From sequence record PZ445551.1: a stretch of 64,000 nucleotides of DNA. The stretch is one strand, 5' to 3'. The position numbers and the translations under genes are program-made. The notes under the pieces are model-generated. The model worked only from the letters and a program-made list of their open reading frames with translations. It ran no database searches and was not told the origin of the DNA. How positions within the stretch are numbered: the stretch's first letter is position 1; every line of letters starts with the position of its first letter. This document shows positions 7,754 to 16,891 of the stretch, in pieces. This DNA is from a phage.

Positions 7754-8111
7754 TATTCCGTTGAGTAGTGCAGCTTTAATACGATTCTATAAAGCATGGA
7801 TTGCCAACCATCCTGCAATGAATCGCACAACGAGTGGCTTATGTGGTTGTCTGGTAGATTATGTAGATGATTTTGTTGGTGAGATAACTAGAGAAGAAGA
7901 TAAAAGATGGCGTGATCGTTTGTTGGATAGTTTGAAATACGAAATGAGGAAACAATTTACATGTGCAGGACTGGACTACAATCTTCCGTTCAATGCAGAT
8001 TGCATGGATTACCTTTCAGAGTGTATAGACTTGGCGTGTCATACCAACACGTTACGTCTTCAATGGGTGAAAGACAGAATCGAAGATGCAAATAATGCTT
8101 GCATTGAATAG
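7743..8111 (+). CDS. paralog family member 2
   Basis: track ORF (GTG 7737) trimmed to ATG 7743 after RBS gggaggtg; conserved GLCGCL, QFTCAGL, LPFN, LQWVKDRI. Confidence 0.55.
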   Translation: MKSNIPLSSAALIRFYKAWIANHPAMNRTTSGLCGCLVDYVDDFVGEITREEDKRWRDRLLDSLKYEMRKQFTCAGLDYNLPFNADCMDYLSECIDLACHTNTLRLQWVKDRIEDANNACIE

Positions 8112-8181
8112 AAATGTCTGTACACTGTGTTCCATAAGATATACAATATCGCGCATAACAAACTACTAATGAGAGGTGTAA

Positions 8182-8640
8182 ATGAAAACTGTATCTTTGT
8201 ATCTTGCTAACACGGAGCGTGTACATAATCTTGTAAAAGAATGCGGTGTGAGTGTTCAATTTAATACAGGAAAGCCTTCCGTGGTGACAGGCAGTGAGAT
8301 ATGTGTTATTGATTTCCTCAATGAATATTTTCGTGGAAAACCTATTGCTCGTCACTTCATTCAAGAAATGCGAGATGTACTACAGGCTTATGAATTCTAC
8401 CCTGAAGTTTGTGAACGCTATGAAACGATTCTTAGCTCTGTAGAAGATCCAGATACTAGTGAAACAGGTGCTTCCCACTTGCTGTGGATGTTGAATGAAA
8501 TTCAGGATGGGTGTAATGGTATGTCTGAAACCAAACGCCATCGTTGGCTAGGCTATATTCAGGGTGTTATGGTTATGAAAAACCTTATTACAGTGAATGA
8601 TGAACGTAACGCTACACGCCCAGTCTTTAATGGAGCATAA
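8182..8640 (+). CDS. hypothetical protein (152 aa)
   Basis: track ORF; RBS gagaggtg. Confidence 0.55.
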   Translation: MKTVSLYLANTERVHNLVKECGVSVQFNTGKPSVVTGSEICVIDFLNEYFRGKPIARHFIQEMRDVLQAYEFYPEVCERYETILSSVEDPDTSETGASHLLWMLNEIQDGCNGMSETKRHRWLGYIQGVMVMKNLITVNDERNATRPVFNGA

Positions 8641-8641
8641 C

Positions 8642-8857
8642 ATGAAAAGCATTAGGGTGTGTATCGAAAATAATTGTGGTTATCTGGGGTTGACACACGT
8701 CGCTTTCCCTCTTATATTGGATGCCGATATAGCTTACAGCGGAGTTGCTTATGTGTCATTCAAAACAATGAGCCAAGTACCTGGCTGGAATTGGGAAGTG
8801 GTTGATGTTGTTGAAGGAGAAGACTATGTTTTCCTTCCACACGAATATACAGTTTAA
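8642..8857 (+). CDS. hypothetical protein (71 aa)
   Basis: track ORF 8597..8857 trimmed to ATG 8642 immediately after upstream stop. Confidence 0.45.
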   Translation: MKSIRVCIENNCGYLGLTHVAFPLILDADIAYSGVAYVSFKTMSQVPGWNWEVVDVVEGEDYVFLPHEYTV

Positions 8858-8871
8858 AAGAGGAAAAGAAG

Positions 8872-9048
8872 ATGGATAAACAAACTACTATGTACTTAGT
8901 AACAAAGAATACCCCAGGCTGGAGCCAATGCAGCACTGTTCCTTATAAGATCTGTGCAACATTAGAACTAGCACAACGTGCAGAAGCAGAAGTGAATGCC
9001 ATGCAATACAGCTATGGTGAAATCATTCCTTTTACTCTTGAACAATAA
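8872..9048 (+). CDS. small hypothetical protein (58 aa), not in track
   Basis: ATG 8872 after RBS aagaggaaaag; fills gap between track ORFs. Confidence 0.4.
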   Translation: MDKQTTMYLVTKNTPGWSQCSTVPYKICATLELAQRAEAEVNAMQYSYGEIIPFTLEQ

Positions 9049-9059
9049 GGATTTGTGTA

Positions 9060-9512
9060 ATGTTTGAAATTGGTAAAGTGTATCGTTTTAAGAACCCATC
9101 TTATATCCGTAAGTTTGCTAACGTGTCTGAGTGCAATAGCAGGATTGCTTCTTTCTTAGGTGATTCTTATTTTCGTGTATTAGATGTGGATGATTGGTAT
9201 GGTGTCACTGCTTTGCAATCCTTGGCAGGAGAACAAGAAATTATCGCTCAAAATGAAGGAGACTTTCTTCAGTGTTACACGTTGCTTGCAAAAAGTGAGT
9301 TTGAGTATTTTGTAGAAGTCTTAGAGGAAGCACCAAAAAGTAAACACGAAGAGAAATACCTGCTTGTAGTGGATGGAGTTCCGATCATGGAAACCATCTC
9401 CCGTGAGGAAGTTGAAAAAGAGGCGAAACGTTACAAACTGGATCGTACACAGAGTGTAGTTGAAATCTATTCTCTTGTTGGTGTTGCAGATATTAGTGTG
9501 AACATCGTATAA
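9060..9512 (+). CDS. hypothetical protein (150 aa)
   Basis: track ORF. Confidence 0.55.
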   Translation: MFEIGKVYRFKNPSYIRKFANVSECNSRIASFLGDSYFRVLDVDDWYGVTALQSLAGEQEIIAQNEGDFLQCYTLLAKSEFEYFVEVLEEAPKSKHEEKYLLVVDGVPIMETISREEVEKEAKRYKLDRTQSVVEIYSLVGVADISVNIV

Positions 9513-9515
9513 TAT

Positions 9516-9728
9516 ATGTGTAATGACAGATACATTCTCCGTGTATCTGATAAGTCTCCTATGTTTGACTGGCGGGGCTGGTGGCTACTAGCTCCGATGC
9601 AAGGTCTGACAGACGTGGAAAAGGAGGCTTATGTGTATACAAAAGAAGAGATAGAAGATAGCCTTTATTTGACAGATAACATTAAGAATGGTATCTTTGA
9701 GTGTAAATTGAAAGGAGAGGAAGAATGA
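9516..9728 (+). CDS. hypothetical protein (70 aa)
   Basis: track ORF; tight spacing. Confidence 0.5.
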   Translation: MCNDRYILRVSDKSPMFDWRGWWLLAPMQGLTDVEKEAYVYTKEEIEDSLYLTDNIKNGIFECKLKGEEE

Positions 9729-10024
9729 CTATTACAGAAAAACTGCGCTGTATTGCAAAGCAAAGTGGAGAAGGTTTATGGTTTCCTATTGAGGAAATTA
9801 TTCAGGACTGTTATGATCAGGCTAAGACTGGCAAATACTCCAAAGCATTTAAACCGTCTGTTTTCGGTTTGGATGACTATCCAAAAAATGAACAAGCAAA
9901 GAAACGACAAGTTGATTTGATTGATCTTGCTATGGAAGCACTACGAGAGCATGGGCTTAGTAAGGTGTATGCTTTAAACACCAAAGAGGGCTTTGTAGAT
10001 TCAGTGATCGTAGACTGGTATTAA
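9725..10024 (+). CDS. hypothetical protein (99 aa)
   Basis: track ORF; start overlaps upstream stop. Confidence 0.55.
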   Translation: MTITEKLRCIAKQSGEGLWFPIEEIIQDCYDQAKTGKYSKAFKPSVFGLDDYPKNEQAKKRQVDLIDLAMEALREHGLSKVYALNTKEGFVDSVIVDWY

Positions 10025-10033
10025 GGAGAAGCC

Positions 10034-10402
10034 ATGCAAGAAAATAATAAAGTGTGTAACATGAAAAGCAGCCCCTATTTGCTACAATTTTATGAGTGGT
10101 GGTTAGAACAAGAAGATACAAACTTTAGCAAAAAGCATTATGGTCTTTGCACGTGTCTTGTAGACTTCTTATACAATATTGCTTGGATAAAAGATGTTGA
10201 GAATGTAGCAAACCTCCAGTCCTCTGTACGAGAGGAAATGAAGGAACAGTTTAAGAAAGCAGGTTTGAACCATTTACACCCATTTAATACAGATTTCTCA
10301 CATTACTTTACGGAAACAGAGTTAGGCATTGCACACCTTAACAAAGAACGTGTACAATGGGTGATTGATCGTATTCGTGATATGGAGGAATATAATGGTT
10401 AA
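10034..10402 (+). CDS. paralog family member 3
   Basis: track ORF; LLQFYEWW, GLCTCL, QFKKAGL, HPFN, VQWVIDRI. Confidence 0.55.
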   Translation: MQENNKVCNMKSSPYLLQFYEWWLEQEDTNFSKKHYGLCTCLVDFLYNIAWIKDVENVANLQSSVREEMKEQFKKAGLNHLHPFNTDFSHYFTETELGIAHLNKERVQWVIDRIRDMEEYNG

Positions 10403-10604
10403 GTTTAAAACTTTCTGTGCAATCTCTGTTTGTCTTATTCTTGCATACGTGTTATTCTCTAGTATCATTCGTTTAGGTGAGTATATGGCAAGAGAAGCTC
10501 GTGAAAGTGAAGCTAAAAAAGAACAGTGCATCGTGTTAAAGCACCAAAGGGATGCTGAAAAATTTCTTGAACAGGATTGTGGGCGCTATGTGAATTATAA
10601 TTAG
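10395..10604 (+). CDS. small membrane protein; paralog of the 15393 gene
   Basis: track ORF 10365..10604 trimmed to ATG 10395 after RBS ggagg; N-terminal TM helix then KEQCIVLKHQRDAEKFLEQDC. Confidence 0.5.
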   Translation: MVKFKTFCAISVCLILAYVLFSSIIRLGEYMAREARESEAKKEQCIVLKHQRDAEKFLEQDCGRYVNYN

Positions 10605-10613
10605 GAGGGAAGT

Positions 10614-10862
10614 ATGTTAGATATTTTTACCTTTGATCGTGTTGGTACACCGATTACCGAAGAAGAACGTACCAAAATTGAACAAGAATTGGATGCTTTA
10701 CGTGCGTCTCTTACAGACACAGCCTCACTACAACGTGAAGCTGCACATCTCACAGAGATCACTGGTATTCAGTGGAGCACGGAGTGGGTTGTAATTACAA
10801 TTGAAGCGGATATTTGGGGACATGAAGAGACGCTACGTACCGGAGTAGTAACGGTTTGGTGA
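10614..10862 (+). CDS. hypothetical protein (82 aa)
   Basis: track ORF; RBS taggaggg. Confidence 0.55.
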   Translation: MLDIFTFDRVGTPITEEERTKIEQELDALRASLTDTASLQREAAHLTEITGIQWSTEWVVITIEADIWGHEETLRTGVVTVW

Positions 10863-10908
10863 TAGATGTTATTCTTTTGTGTTTCTTGATATATAAATAG
10901 GAGGGTTT

Positions 10909-11133
10909 ATGGTAAAACGTCTGGAATGGGATGCGTGTACTGCTCACGCTTGTCACTGTAATATTGTGGAAGATCCTAATGGAGAAATGGTGTATTATGA
11001 GGATTACGAAGCATTGCATAATGCTGTGATCGCTTTACTGGATGATATTAGCTCACGCTATCCAGGACAACAGTTTACGTGTCCACATATCCAACTATTA
11101 GCCAAACTTACGGAGTATCCAAGTGTTTCATAA
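10909..11133 (+). CDS. hypothetical protein (74 aa)
   Basis: track ORF; RBS taggaggg. Confidence 0.55.
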   Translation: MVKRLEWDACTAHACHCNIVEDPNGEMVYYEDYEALHNAVIALLDDISSRYPGQQFTCPHIQLLAKLTEYPSVS

Positions 11134-11134
11134 T

Positions 11135-11302
11135 ATGGGTGTCCCTGAACAACTCCTCTTTATTGTAGGATTAGTGGGCTTATTAGCGGCTGGAGCCAAA
11201 GCCGCTTCTCACACGCATCACATAATGTTAAGATTTCTGTTCCTACTCCCTTCTATCCTTGTATTATTAGTCATATTGATTGATAACATTTTTCACAATT
11301 AA
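11135..11302 (+). CDS. small membrane protein (55 aa), not in track
   Basis: ATG 11135; hydrophobic segments; weak RBS. Confidence 0.3.
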   Translation: MGVPEQLLFIVGLVGLLAAGAKAASHTHHIMLRFLFLLPSILVLLVILIDNIFHN

Positions 11303-11311
11303 GGAGAGGTT

Positions 11312-11896
11312 ATGAGTAAAATTATACCAAGCAGTTATGAATTATTGCAGTTTTATGTATATTACTTAGACTGGGTTAATAGATCGAATGTTAAAGACAA
11401 TGCGATGTTTAGTAAAAACATCTGTTTAACAGAAAGTATCTTCCGTTATTGGCACACAGGCAGAAAGTGTACACACAGTGAAGCTATGCGTATTGTAGGT
11501 GAATACCTGGAGCAATTGCAAAAAGCAGAACTTCCTGTCCTTCACCCATTCAACGAATCTAAAGAAGAATTAGAACAAGAGTGTAGAGAAGGTAAGTGCC
11601 ATTTAAATGAAAAACGTATCGAATGGGTGAGGCAACGTTTAGCCGATGCAGGAAAGACTCCTAGTGACTCTGACTATACGTGGTATGATGTAGAGGGTTT
11701 AGTTCAAGGTTTTGAGGCTTGTGCTATAGATAATACCAACTTTGCCAAAGTTTTATGTGAGGCTTATGATCTGGCAGATAAAATCCGAAATCACGGATGG
11801 AAACAAGAGCATAAAGAATCATATGAACGCCTTGACAAGATTTTCAAACAGATCTATTCTAACCACAAGAAGATGTTCCAAATGGAGGATGTGTAA
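11312..11896 (+). CDS. paralog family member 4 (extended C-terminus)
   Basis: track ORF; RBS aaggagagg; LLQFYVYYLDW, HPFN, IEWVRQRL. Confidence 0.55.
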   Translation: MSKIIPSSYELLQFYVYYLDWVNRSNVKDNAMFSKNICLTESIFRYWHTGRKCTHSEAMRIVGEYLEQLQKAELPVLHPFNESKEELEQECREGKCHLNEKRIEWVRQRLADAGKTPSDSDYTWYDVEGLVQGFEACAIDNTNFAKVLCEAYDLADKIRNHGWKQEHKESYERLDKIFKQIYSNHKKMFQMEDV

Positions 11897-12582
11897 TGAA
11901 AGAGATTATGTTTGAAGGGCATTGTTACGAAGTTCCAGACAATGCAAATTTCATGGCTCGTGATATCACTGGAGATGTGTTCTGGTTTGAAGATGAACCT
12001 ATGTTTTCTTCGAACAAACACTGGTTTTCACAACAATCTTCTTCGGAAAATATGACTTTTGGCTACGTAGAGTCTAAAGTACGTTGCAAAGCAGCTTCTT
12101 CTTTGGTAAAAATTTCCCAAGATGACCAAGAAAATACTCAAGATGTTGTTAGTGCGCTACTGAAGTACATTGCAGAACTTGAGAAGAAAATTAAAGAAGC
12201 AGAAACTAAGGTGAAAGCACGATCAGCAATCATCGAAACTATGTCTGAACGTATTTTAGAACTAGAAGATTTGTGTGGAGAGGCTTATCAAGTGGTTGGT
12301 GCGCTGGCGTGTGAAGCACAAATGTTTGAAACTTCAGAACAAGTTTCGCATATGTTAGATAATTTGAGTGAATGTAAAATGATTCATGATGATGTATTGC
12401 CATTTTGTTGCAATGTTAACAAAACAGAGCAAACACAAGATTCAGAAACAGTTTATGTTCCGCTAATGTGTGTTCCAGATCATCTAAAAGGTGTATTCTC
12501 TTGTAAATGGTCGCTGTTGAGCGTTACTAATTGTGGTGAAAACTATTCTGCCAACATTGAATTGCTAAAACACGTTAAATAA
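11896..12582 (+). CDS. hypothetical protein with central coiled-coil (228 aa)
   Basis: track ORF; ATGA overlap with upstream gene. Confidence 0.55.
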   Translation: MKEIMFEGHCYEVPDNANFMARDITGDVFWFEDEPMFSSNKHWFSQQSSSENMTFGYVESKVRCKAASSLVKISQDDQENTQDVVSALLKYIAELEKKIKEAETKVKARSAIIETMSERILELEDLCGEAYQVVGALACEAQMFETSEQVSHMLDNLSECKMIHDDVLPFCCNVNKTEQTQDSETVYVPLMCVPDHLKGVFSCKWSLLSVTNCGENYSANIELLKHVK

Positions 12583-12592
12583 GGAGAGTAAT

Positions 12593-12997
12593 ATGTGGTC
12601 TGTTAAAATCAAATATAATGCGCAGTATTATGGTGGAAAGCCTTACGAAGTTGTTATTTGTGATTGTATCTCTAAAGAAGTTGCACAGCTTTGTGGCGCT
12701 GGTGTTAGTGAAGCTATGAACAAAATGCATAACTCTACTGTGCGTTACTTGGATCAAGATATTCCAGAAGATGTAAATGACTATGCTTACGAAGTTATTT
12801 ACAGTGAAGGTAAGAAGCTCTCTATTGAAGATGCACTTAAAGCACTACCTGCTATGTGCAGCCCAACACCAAAAGCAGTTAAAGAGATTTTACCAGAATC
12901 CAACCCCGATGAATATGCTGCTATGGTTGCTTCGGACATGTGGAATCTCTGTCGAGAAACTATGATTAAAAATCTGGTGGAAATGGCGCATGAGTAA
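12593..12997 (+). CDS. hypothetical protein (134 aa)
   Basis: track ORF; RBS aaggagag. Confidence 0.55.
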   Translation: MWSVKIKYNAQYYGGKPYEVVICDCISKEVAQLCGAGVSEAMNKMHNSTVRYLDQDIPEDVNDYAYEVIYSEGKKLSIEDALKALPAMCSPTPKAVKEILPESNPDEYAAMVASDMWNLCRETMIKNLVEMAHE

Positions 12998-13208
12998 AAC
13001 GCACTTTATACATCCGTTTGATCCAAAGAACAAGGCGGTTATACACCGCCGTTGGACTGAAACGCGCATTACAAAATGTCCTGTGCCAGCAGCACAGGAA
13101 TATAACAAAACATATAAAGCAGAATTTGTGGAGTACACCTTTGTAAATAACAAAGGGAAGGAGGTTTATGTTCCAGAATACTGCCTTTGGATAAAATGGG
13201 AGGAATAA
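12990..13208 (+). CDS. hypothetical protein (72 aa)
   Basis: track ORF. Confidence 0.5.
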   Translation: MSKTHFIHPFDPKNKAVIHRRWTETRITKCPVPAAQEYNKTYKAEFVEYTFVNNKGKEVYVPEYCLWIKWEE

Positions 13209-13375
13209 TGCAAACATTTTTTATCGACAAGTTCAATAAAAGTATGAACACGTGGATGGCAACATTCACTATGCAATTTGCGTCATTTAAAGAAGCTCAA
13301 GAATGGTGCGATCAACACAAGGATTTTGATTTTTACTATCAAGTTAATGCAAACCTTTCTCCAGAGGAGAAATAA
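13208..13375 (+). CDS. hypothetical protein (55 aa)
   Basis: track ORF 13187..13375 trimmed to ATG 13208 after RBS gggagg. Confidence 0.45.
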   Translation: MQTFFIDKFNKSMNTWMATFTMQFASFKEAQEWCDQHKDFDFYYQVNANLSPEEK

Positions 13376-13376
13376 T

Positions 13377-13721
13377 ATGTTGGCTGATATTGAAATCCTT
13401 ATGTACCGACAAGGTATGATCAAAATGTGGCTAGATTCTTTTAGCAACATATACTGCACAGTACGATCAGCAGACGAGCGTAAAACGCTTATTTTATCTG
13501 CTATTGTTGATAAACAACGTTTCTTCAAAGAAATTTTGCAAACAGGCTTCTCCGATGCAGGAGTAGAGATTGCAACGCTTAGTCTTGGAGTGCTGTCTTA
13601 CTTGGAATCCGTTGTTTTATATGTCTTCTCTTTAGAAGAACACTTGCAATTTGAAGCATTAAAACTTATCTTAGATGCTGCAATTGACATAGAACAAAAT
13701 CGAATTGATTCTTTTGAATAA
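13377..13721 (+). CDS. hypothetical protein (114 aa)
   Basis: track ORF 13278..13721 trimmed to ATG 13377 after RBS gaggagaaa. Confidence 0.5.
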   Translation: MLADIEILMYRQGMIKMWLDSFSNIYCTVRSADERKTLILSAIVDKQRFFKEILQTGFSDAGVEIATLSLGVLSYLESVVLYVFSLEEHLQFEALKLILDAAIDIEQNRIDSFE

Positions 13722-13737
13722 AAATAAGGAGGAAACT

Positions 13738-14196
13738 ATGCAAGAGGTTAAACATTATCCACATGGTCGTAGTTTTGTAGCTGTATGGCATGTTCCTGCT
13801 CGTAATGAACTATTTTGCGCATCTTTTCATTACAAAGATGGACAATATTTCACCTATGACGAGACGATGGATGATTTCATCCCAGAGTGCGATCATGGGT
13901 ATACACCAATGTTCTTTAAACGTATGAAAGCTCGTTTCTTCGTTACAGATGTTGATGGTGAACCTACTTGGCACATCGAAGAAGATTGGCAAGATTCTGT
14001 GGATATTAAAGAAGCCCCAGAATGGGCTACATTACTGGTACACGTCAAAACCCCTACTCTTGACGTTATGGCGTGGGTTAATCATGATGATACCCATTAC
14101 CAATACATAAATGGTAGCACAGAGATTTCTGGTGAGATTATTGGTCGTTGGAAGCCTACGAATCAGGTTGCTATTGTCGGGTATAAGACAGTATAA
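13738..14196 (+). CDS. hypothetical protein (152 aa)
   Basis: track ORF 13705..14196 trimmed to ATG 13738 after RBS aaggagg. Confidence 0.55.
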   Translation: MQEVKHYPHGRSFVAVWHVPARNELFCASFHYKDGQYFTYDETMDDFIPECDHGYTPMFFKRMKARFFVTDVDGEPTWHIEEDWQDSVDIKEAPEWATLLVHVKTPTLDVMAWVNHDDTHYQYINGSTEISGEIIGRWKPTNQVAIVGYKTV

Positions 14197-14197
14197 T

Positions 14198-14392
14198 ATG
14201 AAAAATAGTGTAGATTGGGATGATTTATCCGATTTTGAAAAATGGTTCTTAGGTAGTGGTTGTTATGCAGATGGGGATCTCGAAAGAGATCCTTCTGGAA
14301 ACTACACTATGCCATTAACCCAAGGTTTTTATGAGTGCTGGTGCGCAGCACAAAACAACGTACTGAATAAGGAGACAACACAATGCAATTAA
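14198..14392 (+). CDS. hypothetical protein (64 aa)
   Basis: track ORF 14111..14392 trimmed to first non-overlapping ATG. Confidence 0.45.
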   Translation: MKNSVDWDDLSDFEKWFLGSGCYADGDLERDPSGNYTMPLTQGFYECWCAAQNNVLNKETTQCN

Positions 14393-14622
14393 ACATCGGA
14401 CAACCAATTTTTGATGCAGATACTGGTCAATATGCAGTGATTGTTGCTCGTATGAGCGGTGATGACCTTATTGTTTCAGAACTACTCGGATCAGATCCGC
14501 AACTGCGCGTAGTATGTGACCTATATCTTCGAGACGAAAGTGATCGCATTGCACTGAAAGAAGATGGTATGCTCTACTATACCTGGACTAGAGATCCTGG
14601 GGTAACGGAGGTAGAGGTATAA
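14383..14622 (+). CDS. hypothetical protein (79 aa)
   Basis: track ORF; RBS aaggagac. Confidence 0.55.
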   Translation: MQLNIGQPIFDADTGQYAVIVARMSGDDLIVSELLGSDPQLRVVCDLYLRDESDRIALKEDGMLYYTWTRDPGVTEVEV

Positions 14623-14921
14623 TGGTAAGGAATAGGGGTTTACATAAAAGAAGACACCTTACTTACTGGCATCGTAAAGTACATGAACCTGTATCAAAGA
14701 AAGAATGGCAATATCTGCCTTATGGGAAGGAGCGAAGAAAGTACCTGTTAGCTCACTTAAGGGTACATGGTTCTCTTCCTGTTAACAGTAAGTGGCAATT
14801 GCAAACAGCTTATGACGAAGATATGAAATATCTGTTAAAGAGAGGCATTATTTGCCTTGTTAAGATAGGACGATGGAAATCTCGTCAATCTTATATCGTA
14901 CTTAAACAGGAGAAACGATGA
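14622..14921 (+). CDS. basic hypothetical protein (99 aa)
   Basis: track ORF; Lys/Arg-rich. Confidence 0.5.
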   Translation: MVRNRGLHKRRHLTYWHRKVHEPVSKKEWQYLPYGKERRKYLLAHLRVHGSLPVNSKWQLQTAYDEDMKYLLKRGIICLVKIGRWKSRQSYIVLKQEKR

Positions 14922-15169
14922 ATATCAAAGATGTTGTAGCATACGTAGAAGATGAAGTTAAAAACCATACAAGTTTACTGAAAGTAATGGTTGTGGTTAA
15001 AGATGGTATTGGACAAGTAAACGTACAACATGTCTTATCTGACACTGTATATAATGTGTTTGAATGTAAAGAAACACCTCATGGAGTACGTGTGGTTTAT
15101 ATTGATAACAATTTCAAAGAATGTGTGAGACATACCTTAGAAAATGAACTAAGGATCACAATCTTATGA
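14918..15169 (+). CDS. hypothetical protein (83 aa)
   Basis: track ORF. Confidence 0.5.
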   Translation: MNIKDVVAYVEDEVKNHTSLLKVMVVVKDGIGQVNVQHVLSDTVYNVFECKETPHGVRVVYIDNNFKECVRHTLENELRITIL

Positions 15170-15339
15170 GTTATTATGTTGTACCTTATGCCAATAAGTG
15201 GAGAGTAAGAGAAACTTGTTTTCTATTCTCTTGGTGGGCTACGTTCGGAGATGGTTGTGGAAATGATACAGGAAAGCCTGTAGAGTACGACACAAAAGAA
15301 GAATGTGAACAGTGGATAAAATTAACACAAAGATGTTGA
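15166..15339 (+). CDS. small Cys/Trp-rich protein (57 aa), not in track
   Basis: ATG 15166 overlapping upstream stop (ATGA); in-frame TGA 15337-15339. Confidence 0.4.
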   Translation: MSYYVVPYANKWRVRETCFLFSWWATFGDGCGNDTGKPVEYDTKEECEQWIKLTQRC

Positions 15340-15392
15340 CACGATCTTAACTTCTTGTTAGTATCAATGTGTACTAACGATAAGGAGGGTTT

Positions 15393-15617
15393 ATGAAGTC
15401 TGTAAACAAGTTGCAACAATTTTTGTTATCAACAGCAATCTTTTTGCTTTTGTTAATTGGTATTCTGTATGGTGCATCTAACTTATACAATCTACATAAT
15501 GATGTAGAACAGAATAAAGAGAAGTGCATCATTCTAAAACACAAGAAACAAGCAGAAGATTTCTTAAAGAATAAGTGTTACAACTACATTGATTATGAGG
15601 AGACAAACAATGATTAA
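15393..15617 (+). CDS. small membrane protein; paralog of the 10395 gene
   Basis: track ORF; RBS aaggaggg; TM helix then KEKCIILKHKKQAEDFLKNKC. Confidence 0.55.
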   Translation: MKSVNKLQQFLLSTAIFLLLLIGILYGASNLYNLHNDVEQNKEKCIILKHKKQAEDFLKNKCYNYIDYEETNND

Positions 15618-15852
15618 AGAATTAGGTATGCGAGTATACAGTGAGTGGACTCCAAGCAATGGCCCAGGAGTTGTTGCAGCTAAATGTATCAATGGTCGTA
15701 TTGAGTACCTGGAAGGGTATGAAGATAATGAAGAGTTAGTAGATTATGCTAAATCTTTTATTGAAGATGATACAGACTTTATTGTATTATATGATACAGG
15801 AGAGTTAGAGTATGGGTATGATGGAGATGGGGATATCTTTGAACTTCAATAA
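15610..15852 (+). CDS. acidic hypothetical protein (80 aa)
   Basis: track ORF 15589..15852 trimmed to ATG 15610 after RBS gaggag. Confidence 0.5.
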   Translation: MIKELGMRVYSEWTPSNGPGVVAAKCINGRIEYLEGYEDNEELVDYAKSFIEDDTDFIVLYDTGELEYGYDGDGDIFELQ

Positions 15853-15872
15853 GAGTAGTAAGTAAGGTATAA

Positions 15873-15919
15873 AGAGTATATAGTTAGTTATAGAGTTAGT
15901 AACATTACATATACTCTTT
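15873..15919. repeat. perfect 11-bp inverted repeat AAAGAGTATAT / ATATACTCTTT flanking 25 nt
   Basis: read directly; loop contains AGTTAGT direct repeats. Confidence 0.55.
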
Positions 15920-16059
15920 CCATGTATAACATGGAATATTCTCTACCTCGCTATCGCTCGGTATATAAGATTAGGGTAGCATGTTTTTTACGAAAAGTAA
16001 AACTGTTTATACCGATTGATAGCAGGTTTTTAATAGATTCTATCTATGAGGAGTAGAAA

Positions 16060-16278
16060 GTGTACAAATTATATAAAGGAAAAGATAAGTTTACGGGTAA
16101 TACATCTGGTTTCTATGTAACACCACGTGGCGTTGCCGTATTTGATTGGATTCCTGGTACTCCAGATCGTGAAATGATCTCTCTTGTAAAACTGTCGGAA
16201 CAAGAGTACACTTACGGTGACATTACAACATTCTATTCTCGTGCAGAAAATCCAAAACTGATTGCGGAGTGGGAATAA
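16060..16278 (+). CDS. hypothetical protein (72 aa), GTG start
   Basis: track ORF; RBS gaggag 6 nt upstream of GTG 16060. Confidence 0.45.
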   Translation: MYKLYKGKDKFTGNTSGFYVTPRGVAVFDWIPGTPDREMISLVKLSEQEYTYGDITTFYSRAENPKLIAEWE

Positions 16279-16541
16279 TGGTTACACGATATGATTTAGA
16301 GGTGTACAGCCAAGGTGCTGCTGGTCAATGTGATATTGTACCAGATCCAGAAGGAGACTATGTTCTTCTTGCTGATTACAACAAGCTAGAAGAAAGACTT
16401 CTGGCTGTGTATGCTAAAGAGAACAAAACAATCTGTCCTTATTGCAATGGAATGGGTTGGGTGGTTGCAGATGTTGGACAAATGTATGAGTGTGTACCTT
16501 GTAAAACCACAGGCTTTATTGAAAAGGATACTGACAAATGA
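16269..16541 (+). CDS. hypothetical protein with CxxC...CxxC zinc-ribbon motif (90 aa)
   Basis: track ORF; CPYCNG ... CVPCKTTG. Confidence 0.5.
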   Translation: MGIMVTRYDLEVYSQGAAGQCDIVPDPEGDYVLLADYNKLEERLLAVYAKENKTICPYCNGMGWVVADVGQMYECVPCKTTGFIEKDTDK

Positions 16542-16786
16542 CTGTAGCAGATAAAATGAGAGAACTGGCAGAAAACGCAGAACTTAACAAAGCAAAGGAG
16601 AGTTTACAAAACATCTACGCGTATATTGAAAGAGCAGCTAAAGATGGAGACAGAGAAGCCGCTATATACACGCTTTATCCAACTTTTGTAAAAGTTAGTT
16701 TGGATGCTGAAGGTTTTTCAACTTTTATTGATACAGAAACATCTCATTACGATGAAAACTTTACTCGAATAGTTATTCGATGGTAA
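16538..16786 (+). CDS. hypothetical protein (82 aa)
   Basis: track ORF; ATGA overlap. Confidence 0.5.
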   Translation: MTVADKMRELAENAELNKAKESLQNIYAYIERAAKDGDREAAIYTLYPTFVKVSLDAEGFSTFIDTETSHYDENFTRIVIRW

Positions 16787-16891
16787 ATTTCTGATATTTA
16801 TGCGCCCTGGTTACCTGGGCGTAATAAATTCAGCTTATATTTGATCCGCGCCTTCGGCGCTTAGGCAAAGCCACGCCACACAGGAGAGTTT

